Part shown: positions 16,879 to 26,403 of the stretch, in pieces
Layout: the number at the start of each line of letters is the position of its first letter
How positions within the stretch are numbered: the stretch's first letter is position 1
Source: Caedibacter taeniospiralis
GTDB taxonomy: Bacteria > Pseudomonadota > Gammaproteobacteria > Francisellales > Francisellaceae
Direction of reading: 5' to 3'
Assembly (NCBI RefSeq): GCF_002803295.2
Contig: NZ_PGGB02000003.1
Coordinates: forward strand, 210 to 32,209
Length of the DNA: 32,000 nucleotides
Notes under the pieces: model-generated
Databases searched by the model: none
Told to the model about the DNA's origin: nothing
The model's input: only the letters and a program-made list of their open reading frames with translations
Made by a program: the position numbers and the translations under genes

Positions 16879-17964
16879 CTAGAATTCCTCTAAACATGGC
16901 TTGGCTTTAAGATTTTGGTAGATTATATTGATACTTTCCACAAATGTCTCTAATTCATTATCTACGATGTTGACATGCCCCATTTTTCGCCCAGGACGTA
17001 ACTCCTTGCCGTAGCTTTTGACAAAAACATTTTCGGGTAACTCAACCGCAGGAACATTTTCTCCAATCAGGTTAATCATCATCATGTGACGCGCATTTGC
17101 ATGAGGTTCAACAACTCGCGCCCCACTAATGGCTAACATATGATTTCGAAACTGGCTCACATTCGCGCCATCAATCGACCAATGCCCTGAGTTGTGCACG
17201 CGCGGTGCCATTTCATTGGCATATAGAACATTGCCCTTAACAAAAAATTCAACCGCAAACGTACCGACATAATCAAAATGCATCATCAAACGCCTGACAG
17301 ACTCCCGTGCTGAAAACGTAAGCTCATCTTCTTCGTGTAAAACGTGCGTCTCGCGCAATATTCCCTCGCGATGCTCGTTACGCACCAAAGGATAAAAGGC
17401 AATATTGCCAAACTGATCAGCTGAAGCAACTTGTGAAACTTCATAGTCAAACGCCACAAAACTCTCGGCTATTAAAAGATATTGCCCAAGCAAATCCCAT
17501 GCTTTAGATAAAGATTCAGGTGCTTTGACGATATACTGCCCTTTACCATCATAGCCAAAGCGCCTTGTTTTCACGATAAAGGGGTAGCCAAGACTCACTG
17601 CAGCCTCACGCAAATCAGCCCATGAGTTCACCGCTAGAAAAGTATTGGTTTCAATCTCTAACTGCTTAAAAGTAGTTTTTTCCAATAGACGATCTTGAGC
17701 GACCTTTAATCCATCAATGGCAGGAAATATGCGCGTTTCTTCGTTCACGGTCTGAAGGAGTTCAACAGAAATATTTTCAATCTCATAGGTCACGACATCA
17801 TAATCTTTAAGTCTTTGCTGCCAAAGAGAAATTTCTGCCGCGGTGCTTTGCCCATTTGCGTCTATTTCAGGTAGCGGATAAGCATCAATTTCCAATGCCA
17901 GATCACTAACGCTTTCTATCAGCATTTGCGCCAGCTGACCGTTTCCTAGTATTGCGATTTTCAT
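16879..17964 (-). CDS. purK: N5-carboxyaminoimidazole ribonucleotide synthase
   Basis: MKIAILGNGQLAQML, ATP-grasp core YPFIVKTRRFGYDGKGQ and NEMAPRVHNSGHWSIDGANVSQF are PurK signatures. Confidence 0.9.
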   Translation of the reverse strand: MKIAILGNGQLAQMLIESVSDLALEIDAYPLPEIDANGQSTAAEISLWQQRLKDYDVVTYEIENISVELLQTVNEETRIFPAIDGLKVAQDRLLEKTTFKQLEIETNTFLAVNSWADLREAAVSLGYPFIVKTRRFGYDGKGQYIVKAPESLSKAWDLLGQYLLIAESFVAFDYEVSQVASADQFGNIAFYPLVRNEHREGILRETHVLHEEDELTFSARESVRRLMMHFDYVGTFAVEFFVKGNVLYANEMAPRVHNSGHWSIDGANVSQFRNHMLAISGARVVEPHANARHMMMINLIGENVPAVELPENVFVKSYGKELRPGRKMGHVNIVDNELETFVESINIIYQNLKAKPCLEEF

Positions 17965-18005
17965 TGTGTATTATCCTAATTTATTTCATAAAGTTATGAT
18001 GCGAA

Positions 18006-18058
18006 CACCTCTCCCCTTGTGGGAGAGGTCGCATTGCTGTGCAATGCGGGTGAGGGGG
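18006..18058. repeat. Left 53-bp composite inverted-repeat arm flanking the DUF559 gene
   Basis: CACCTCTCCCCTTGTGGGAGAGGTC (18006-30, itself a hairpin), GCATTGC-TGT-GCAATGC (18031-47) and GGGTGAGGGGG (18048-58). The outer 25-mer and inner 10-11-mer are exact reverse complements of 18431-55 and 18403-13. Confidence 0.9.
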
Positions 18059-18064
18059 TATATG

Positions 18065-18403
18065 TCATTGCTGTAACGCTTGATAAATATGTGCCAATAC
18101 ATTTTCTGTCTCTTTTAGTATGTCATGATTCCAAAAGCGTAAGACTCGATACCCTTGACCATGGAGGTACATTGATCTTGAATCATCATATTTTTTCTTC
18201 TCAGCTTCATTGTGTTGAGCACCATCACATTCAATAATCAACCTTTTTTCAAAACAAATAAAGTCAACAATATACAATCCAATAACCACCTGACGCCTAA
18301 ACTTATATCCCGACAAATGTAGATTCCTAAGGTAATACCACAATGTAGCCTCGGCATTGGTTTGTGAAGTTTTCAACTGCTTTTGAAAAACTTTAATATT
18401 CAT
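18065..18403 (-). CDS. DUF559 (Vsr-like PD-(D/E)XK) endonuclease-domain protein
   Basis: ATLWYYLRN...YKFRRQVVIGLYIVDFICFEKRLIIECDGAQH...D..R...L...GYRVLRFWN is the DUF559 pattern. ATG 18403 abuts the repeat arm. The ORF-track GTG 18442 start merely translates the repeat (GEVGKQSLPGEG). Confidence 0.8.
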   Translation of the reverse strand: MNIKVFQKQLKTSQTNAEATLWYYLRNLHLSGYKFRRQVVIGLYIVDFICFEKRLIIECDGAQHNEAEKKKYDDSRSMYLHGQGYRVLRFWNHDILKETENVLAHIYQALQQ

Positions 18404-18455
18404 CCCCTCACCCGGCAAGCTTTGCTTGCCGACCTCTCCCACAAGGGGAGAGGTG
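18403..18455. repeat. Right 53-bp composite inverted-repeat arm flanking the DUF559 gene
   Basis: TCCCCTCACCC (18403-13), GGCAAGC-TTT-GCTTGCC (18414-30) and GACCTCTCCCACAAGGGGAGAGGTG (18431-55). Mirror image of 18006-18058, with a different middle hairpin. Confidence 0.9.
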
Positions 18456-18526
18456 AGCCTCGGTAAGTAAACAAATGCAATTTAATCATGATGATATTAG
18501 TCATTAGCTTAAATTTTCACTTAGCC

Positions 18527-19405
18527 TCATATTAAATTCATATTAAATTTCATACTGGTAATAGCCCCGCTTATTGGACTCATTTTTTGACAATAGAGAT
18601 CTCCTCCATCCTTGAAATAAAGCCAAATAATTTCATTAAACTGTTTTAAATCCTTTGAAATGCATTTTATCTTATCGAATTTACCATCAAAATCTGTCAC
18701 CAATTTGCTAATGGAATTATCCGCTTTTTTAACATCAATATGTGCAATCACATGATCACGCATCGATTTAAGCCAATCACCTTCCAAATTATTTTTAATA
18801 GTGGATTCAAGATCTTTCAGCTTATTTTTAACCTCTTCTCTACCAACACGTGGATTAAAATGATCTAAATAGTTAATCATTTTTTGCATAGAAATATCTG
18901 CATTCTTTGATCTATCTGTCAGATGGTGAATATTTAAAATAATTGCGTAAAGCAATTTTCTTTCATAATCATAGAGTAACTGGTCCGTTAACATATAAAA
19001 ATATTCACTTTTCTTATCTTCGCTATACAGCGCAATCACATCCTCTAAAGTTTGAATATCATCCAAAATATTGCCCACTGTGCCCCAAAAAAAATAAAGC
19101 GCCTTATTAAATTTCTCACAATCAAAGCTTATCATATTAATTTCGTTAGAGGTCATAGTTGAAATAATAGCTTTCACAATACTTTCAGCATTTGGATGAT
19201 TCTCCAGCTCACGTACAGGAACACCCGGTTCAATATTTTTATTAAGAACTTTAATAATTAATTGTTCGTTCTTACTTTCAAGTATAAACTCAGCCTCATA
19301 TAATGTTTTCTTTAATTGTCCAAAAAGCTTTTTATCTAGTTTCAGTTCTTTGCATAATGTGCAAAGTTTATATAGCTTATTCAACTCAATCATATTTTTC
19401 TCCAT
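18527..19405 (-). CDS. Hypothetical protein with HEPN-like R-x5-H motif (possible Abi-type defence protein)
   Basis: 293 aa from ATG 19405 (GAAGG 7 nt upstream). The ORF-track start would overlap ligA. SMRDHVIAHID is encoded at 18734-18763, and HHLTDRSKNADISMQKMINYL lies upstream of it. Sampled 60-nt lines have about 27-30% GC versus about 48-53% in sampled ligA lines. Confidence 0.55.
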   Translation of the reverse strand: MEKNMIELNKLYKLCTLCKELKLDKKLFGQLKKTLYEAEFILESKNEQLIIKVLNKNIEPGVPVRELENHPNAESIVKAIISTMTSNEINMISFDCEKFNKALYFFWGTVGNILDDIQTLEDVIALYSEDKKSEYFYMLTDQLLYDYERKLLYAIILNIHHLTDRSKNADISMQKMINYLDHFNPRVGREEVKNKLKDLESTIKNNLEGDWLKSMRDHVIAHIDVKKADNSISKLVTDFDGKFDKIKCISKDLKQFNEIIWLYFKDGGDLYCQKMSPISGAITSMKFNMNLI

Positions 19406-19433
19406 CACAATACCTTCTGTAAACCTTATGTCA

Positions 19434-21491
<2,058 letters not shown>

Positions 21492-21594
21492 CTAAATAAA
21501 GTGTGCTCATCATACTAAAGCTCTTGTAAGTTGGAAAGCTTTGGCAATGCCCTGGTTTTGGTGATGTCATAATCCTAAAAGTCTTTCATTGTTG

Positions 21595-22551
21595 CTATAT
21601 TGCACACTGCATTAACTCTCTCAACATCCCACTTAATTTCCCCCGCTGAAATGACATTAATTGTTCCCTGCCACATGCCTGCATCAATCTGTCATGAGCT
21701 AACAGCCCATAAACAAACCACAAAACATGCGCTATTTCCAAAGCATCTGCCAGATTTTTTTCAGACTCGAACTGCATATAATTTTTGAGGCAGGCATGCT
21801 TGATCTTAAGATAGTCATGATCACGCTCTGTGAGCGCATAATGTTTCCTTACTTGGTATAAACAATTCAGCAGAGAAAAAAATGGGTGTGAGATGGAAAT
21901 TTCACCCAAATCAATGATAGTGATATTTTGCGAGTTATCGCCTATCAACGTGTTGTTGTCATTAAAATCCGGTTGGACGATGGTTTGTTTAATGGCGTAG
22001 CCAGATAATTTTTCGCATAAATCAGTTATCCTTGGATGCAGCTTTTCTAATTCGTTTACTTCCAATTCAGATAACCCATCAGCTATAAACAAATCCTTCT
22101 GTGAAATCGCTTGCTGATATAACTCAGGCAGTTTGTTTAATCTCCAGTCTGGAACACCAATATTAATAAAATCATCCACATGATCTGCAATTGTTATTTG
22201 AAGAGCAGTAAATTGTTCGATTGCTTTGCAAAGCAAGTCAGTATCAAACTTCTTTTTCAAAATGCTACGCAAAGATGTGCCAGCATCTTCCATCAAAAAG
22301 CAATGTAACTCAGCATTATGCGCAATAACGGTAGGCACCTGTGCATGAAATTGGTCATGCAATATTTTGAGAATGTCAGCCTCTAAAGCAATAAGCGCTG
22401 GGGTGGTTTTAAGATAAAAAAGTTCATTCCCCGTGTTGATTCTTACAACACTGGACCAAGGCGTTTGTACAACGGTCTCTGTATTAATTTTAGTTTGTTG
22501 TAGAGTCGCCATGGCCCATTCAAGGGCGTCAGTTAATTTATCGTTAGTCAC
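21595..22551 (-). CDS. APH/choline-kinase-fold phosphotransferase family protein
   Basis: 318 aa. Catalytic-loop-like IVQPDFNDNNTLI and metal-binding ITIIDLGEISISHPFF. GTG 22551 start overlaps the stop of the upstream 46-codon ORF. Confidence 0.65.
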   Translation of the reverse strand: MTNDKLTDALEWAMATLQQTKINTETVVQTPWSSVVRINTGNELFYLKTTPALIALEADILKILHDQFHAQVPTVIAHNAELHCFLMEDAGTSLRSILKKKFDTDLLCKAIEQFTALQITIADHVDDFINIGVPDWRLNKLPELYQQAISQKDLFIADGLSELEVNELEKLHPRITDLCEKLSGYAIKQTIVQPDFNDNNTLIGDNSQNITIIDLGEISISHPFFSLLNCLYQVRKHYALTERDHDYLKIKHACLKNYMQFESEKNLADALEIAHVLWFVYGLLAHDRLMQACGREQLMSFQRGKLSGMLRELMQCAI

Positions 22552-22684
22552 TCTTTTTTGCTATCCAAACAAGATGTTGATCTTGATCACTTTCTTTTAA
22601 AAGAATTTCAGAGCCATAGTTTTTAAGATATTGTTTGTAAACTGCGGGATCGAGGCTGTAAAAATGAAGTTCTTGGTTGTTCAT
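22544..22684 (-). CDS. Possible 46-aa small protein
   Basis: Below the ORF-track size cutoff. Reads ATG 22684 (AGGAG 9 nt upstream) to TAA 22544: MNNQELHFYSLDPAVYKQYLKNYGSEILLKESDQDQHLVWIAKKSD. The stop overlaps the GTG of the next gene. No family recognised. Confidence 0.25.
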   Translation of the reverse strand: MNNQELHFYSLDPAVYKQYLKNYGSEILLKESDQDQHLVWIAKKSD

Positions 22685-22703
22685 TGTTGGGGCTCCTAAA
22701 ATT

Positions 22704-23124
22704 TCATAATGTTTTCTTCATGAAGTAACGTTTTTGTCCAGCAGGGCAATTCTCAAGAACACCGAAAATCTCATAACCATGCTTTAGATAGAAATCTTTT
22801 GCTTGGTGATTAAAGGTATCCAAATGGATCAACTTGGCTCCCATAGCTTCAGCATCAGCTTCAACTTGATTAAGTAATAAAACGCCCAATCCTTTATTTC
22901 GATAATTTTCATACACAAAAAGCACGTTAATAGCCAAGCATTCTCCTAGATAAAAACAACTTCTAATGCCAGCAATAATTAAGCCGTTCTTTGATAACAT
23001 AATCTTTCAAAACTTCAGTATCGCCATGAAATGAAACTTGCTGGGCAACAAAAGCATTGATTTTATTATTGAGCGCTTCTGCTTCTTCGCTTGTAGCGGG
23101 AGATAATTTGTAATCTGTCATCAT
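22704..23124 (-). pseudogene. GNAT acetyltransferase interrupted by a 1-nt frameshift
   Basis: Frame A (ATG 23124, ATGA overlap with the upstream stop) gives MMTDYKLSPATSEEAEALNNKINAFVAQQVSFHGDTEVLKDYVIKERLNYCWH*. Frame B (ORF 22704-23000) continues LSKNGLIIAGI...YENYRNKGLGVLLL...FYLKHGYE. Together they are colinear with the GNAT half of the 23121-24131 product. Confidence 0.6.
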
Positions 23125-24131
23125 AATACTTTCCTAAGAAAAATCCTTGAATGTTCACGCCAGTATTTTTTTATCTCGCCAATAGGTTGATAGCCATTTT
23201 TCAAATAAAAATCCTCGGCTTGAAAGTCCCATGTATCCAATGTTGAAAAAACACAGCCATATTTAATAGCTTCTTGTTCTGCCGCATTTATTAATTTTGT
23301 ACCGTAACCTTGGTTCCTGAGCTTTTGGTCAACCCATAATGTTTCCAGATAAACTGATTCACTATCAAACTGTGCTTGTATGCCGCCGAGAATTTCTCCC
23401 GAGTCATTTTTCAAAAACACTGAAAATTCTTTGTCTCTAGACTGTCCCATTAGGCGTTCATAATCAACGACCAAACCTTCTGCCACAGCATCTTTGTCGG
23501 CTTGACTTGGCGTGTGATCGACAATTATTTTGTATGCAGCGTTTGGTATCAATTCCGCAGTTTGATCATTAGTTCGAATAATCCAATGAGCTATAGATTC
23601 GGCAACCTGATTTATTGTCAATCTTGTTGTGTCAAAAATTTTAACAAATGCTTTTCTATCCCAAGCCTCCAACTGATCCCAGGGACTAAAAGACAACTCG
23701 TTCCAACAATCTTCTTTCAGTACATGCGGCGCCCACTGCGGATCGCGGGTGTGCATGCGAAGCCAAGCAGACCAGTTCAACATATTTTGATCCGCACCAT
23801 AGGTGTTGCGCTTTTTGAGGCGTTGAATACGTTCGAAATCGCTGACATCTAAAAGACAAAAGTTGATTTTATCTATTTGTTTGGCTGAAGGGCAGCTCAG
23901 TATTTCGCCTAAAACAATTTGACTCAGCAAGCAGGCATCTTTGCCTTCGCTCAATAATTTTTGAAGCCACTTTTCGGTGGATTCTTGACGCCATTTTTTA
24001 TCAGCACCTTCTGGTACACCGATGTCATCAAAATCATAAACGGCGATGCAATCCTTCAGCAGCTCTTTCAAATAAGGCATCACAGCCGTTTTACCGCTGC
24101 CACTGGCGCCGCCTATAAAATATAATCTCAT
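23121..24131 (-). CDS. P-loop kinase-like domain fused to GNAT acetyltransferase
   Basis: N-terminal Walker A YFIGGASGSGKT within a ~185-aa NTPase/kinase-like domain. C-terminal GNAT (LWVDQKLRNQGYGTKLINAAE...FYLKNGY). Confidence 0.75.
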   Translation of the reverse strand: MRLYFIGGASGSGKTAVMPYLKELLKDCIAVYDFDDIGVPEGADKKWRQESTEKWLQKLLSEGKDACLLSQIVLGEILSCPSAKQIDKINFCLLDVSDFERIQRLKKRNTYGADQNMLNWSAWLRMHTRDPQWAPHVLKEDCWNELSFSPWDQLEAWDRKAFVKIFDTTRLTINQVAESIAHWIIRTNDQTAELIPNAAYKIIVDHTPSQADKDAVAEGLVVDYERLMGQSRDKEFSVFLKNDSGEILGGIQAQFDSESVYLETLWVDQKLRNQGYGTKLINAAEQEAIKYGCVFSTLDTWDFQAEDFYLKNGYQPIGEIKKYWREHSRIFLRKVL

Positions 24132-24150
24132 AAGATCTTCCTCGTGTTAT

Positions 24151-25149
24151 TTAAGAGTCATACGCTCTCTCTATTGCACCATTCGGCAGAAAAACAGGCT
24201 GCAAGTGTTCAAAGCATTGCATCCGATCGTCACCACCTTCATCAGACAGAAAGATGTATTCACAATAGTCGCCGATGTCTTGGATGATACGTTCAAAACC
24301 ATAGTAGGCGATCGCATCCTGATTGATCTTTATTTGGTCATATCCCTGATAAAATAGTGATTCTTCTTCGTCAGGCGTTAGACCACTATCCCAAATGCCA
24401 GCGCCGATAAACATCAAATCACGCTCGACGGGAGCAAAGATGAGCGTATCCCAGTCAACAATATAAAGGGCGTTTTCTTTATCAACCATCAGGTTCCAGC
24501 CATGCATATCAGCGTGGCATAAAACATAGTCGAGGGGCTGTTTTTGGATCGCGATTGCAAGCTCTTCAGCGCGCTCCACGAGTTTAAGTATTTCGCACCT
24601 TTTTGATTTCAGAAACCGTGCCATTTTTACAGCAACAGGCTCTTCAAAAACTTCATTTTCAATGCGCATAAGAAATGCTTTAACGGTTTCTCGCCATTTT
24701 GAAGAAAACGTTTCCCGCGGTACATCTTTTGTTATTGATGAAGGAATATCGGTGCTATGCAGCCTTTTAATGGCCGCACCAAATTGAACCCACTGATCTT
24801 CTGATAGTTTGGTTTCTACGCCATTACTGCCTTCGACATAAGGGTACAGAATTGCCTTGAAAGATGCCAAGCTTGTCCAAAGTTGCCCTGTTTTGGTTGC
24901 AAGAGGTGGGATCACTTGCTTGATACCGAAATCCGCCAAGTGTTTTGGAACTGATACCGAAGCTTCTAAAAATTTACCGCTCCTTAACTTTAGAAAATAA
25001 TCCGTTTGATTGTTTGTTGTAACACGATAAACATCTGTACTGAAATCAGCGCCAAGGGGAAGAAATGAAATGGTTGCTATATCCAGTCCATATGCATCCT
25101 GCAAACACGCAATGATTTCTTGGTCTTTGAGATTAGGTTTTATTAGCAT
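24151..25149 (-). CDS. Aminoglycoside phosphotransferase, APH(9)-like
   Basis: 332 aa. YVLCHADMHGWNLMV (H.D....N) and LYIVDWDTLIFAPVERDLMFIG match, from memory, the corresponding blocks of Legionella APH(9)-Ia spectinomycin kinase. Confidence 0.8.
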   Translation of the reverse strand: MLIKPNLKDQEIIACLQDAYGLDIATISFLPLGADFSTDVYRVTTNNQTDYFLKLRSGKFLEASVSVPKHLADFGIKQVIPPLATKTGQLWTSLASFKAILYPYVEGSNGVETKLSEDQWVQFGAAIKRLHSTDIPSSITKDVPRETFSSKWRETVKAFLMRIENEVFEEPVAVKMARFLKSKRCEILKLVERAEELAIAIQKQPLDYVLCHADMHGWNLMVDKENALYIVDWDTLIFAPVERDLMFIGAGIWDSGLTPDEEESLFYQGYDQIKINQDAIAYYGFERIIQDIGDYCEYIFLSDEGGDDRMQCFEHLQPVFLPNGAIERAYDS

Positions 25150-25174
25150 GGTCTGTGTACCCCAATATCAGCAC

Positions 25175-25951
25175 TCATGCTTTCCTCGAATAAATATTGT
25201 TTTTAAACAGGGTCTCAAACCCAAGTTTTTGATAGACTCCGAGCCCTGAATCGGAGGACTCTAAAAAGCAATGACGAGCGCCTAATTTTTTGGTCTCTAA
25301 CAGCACATAACGCATGAGATGCGTTGCATATCCTTTGCCTTGAAATTCAGGCAAAGTTCCCAGATCATCGATCCTTGCAATGGCGTTGTCGCACATTGAT
25401 AGAGTAATTGATGCGATTGGTTTTTTCTGTTTGTACAAGCTGAAATGGCGAAGGTTAATATTCTTTTTTAAGGCATTTTCATGGGTTACTGCATAAATTG
25501 AACTAATTTCAATGGTTGATTCAAATGCCCCTATCAACGGCGTCATCCAATCATTTAATTTTTCGTCGTTGCCTCGAATAATTATTTCATCAAAGAAAGC
25601 TGGCAGAGCGGTGGCTCTGAAGTCATCTAATTTAACCGCCATCGAAACTGATTTTCCCGTTTGATGATAACCCATACTACTAAAAACACCTTCTACATCA
25701 GAGGTACAAAACTCTTGTGGGATGACAACAACAAAGGAAAGGCTGCTTTGGTCGTAAAACTGCTTGCCCTTGTTCAAAATCTTATCAAGGGAAGCGGTAT
25801 TTTTTGTGATATAAACAAGATTTAAATCTGCCACTGGAACCCCTGTCATATAGGCATTAGCCCTGTTGTCCAGATTTAAGCATTTTGAGGAAATGCCTCT
25901 GAAAAAATAATCCTCGACCTGGCGGTATAAATTTACTAGTGGAGCGTTCAT
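25175..25951 (-). CDS. GNAT-family acetyltransferase (258 aa)
   Basis: C-terminal GNAT core LPEFQGKGYATHLMRYVLLETKKLGARHCFLESSDSGLGVYQKLGFE. First gene of the same-strand cluster. Confidence 0.75.
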   Translation of the reverse strand: MNAPLVNLYRQVEDYFFRGISSKCLNLDNRANAYMTGVPVADLNLVYITKNTASLDKILNKGKQFYDQSSLSFVVVIPQEFCTSDVEGVFSSMGYHQTGKSVSMAVKLDDFRATALPAFFDEIIIRGNDEKLNDWMTPLIGAFESTIEISSIYAVTHENALKKNINLRHFSLYKQKKPIASITLSMCDNAIARIDDLGTLPEFQGKGYATHLMRYVLLETKKLGARHCFLESSDSGLGVYQKLGFETLFKNNIYSRKA

Positions 25952-26026
25952 ATTTCTTGCTAACGTAAATCAAATGAAGTGATGATAAATCAATTTCCAG
26001 ACAGTTACGACAGATTTTGAGTTTAC

Positions 26027-26395
26027 TATGTCCTAAAAGTAACGAAATATGACACTTTTAGGACATGCTAGACGCATTCATGTCCTTTAGGTTTCATTAT
26101 TCGTAACCCAAAGGACATATTGATCATAATCGCTAAATTACGGTTGGTTACACACTTTCTAGAGATAGCATGTCCGTATAATTACAGTATTTGTAACCTT
26201 AGCCACATGCCTGATCATATATTGGCAAACTTCAGCTATTACTCGCATGTTTTAAGTTTATTGTGTGGCTATAATTACATTATTAGTAATTATACATACA
26301 TGCTGATACAAGAAATTAAACATTTTGCTTGCGCTTTTCTGAGAATAGACGTATCATGCTCTTATAATTACACTATTTGTAATTTTGGAAGCATG
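26027..26395. promoter_or_regulatory. Array of five 41-bp palindromic modules upstream of abiEi (candidate operator array)
   Basis: Modules at 26027-26067, 26079-26119, 26169-26209, 26262-26302 and 26355-26395 share the register (C/T)ATG-N9-5mer-N5-5mer-N9-CAT(G/A). The module-4 left box reads TGTG. Inner core of the last three is ATAATTACA-N5-(T/A)GTAA, each including TATAAT. Centres are spaced 52, 90, 93 and 93 bp. Confidence 0.6.
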
Positions 26396-26403
26396 GCAAT
26401 CAT

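Noticed and set aside
18404-18442. Longer DUF559 N-terminus starting at GTG 18442 (MGEVGKQSLPGEG...)
   Set aside because: These codons merely translate the right inverted-repeat arm. ATG 18403 gives a full DUF559 domain.
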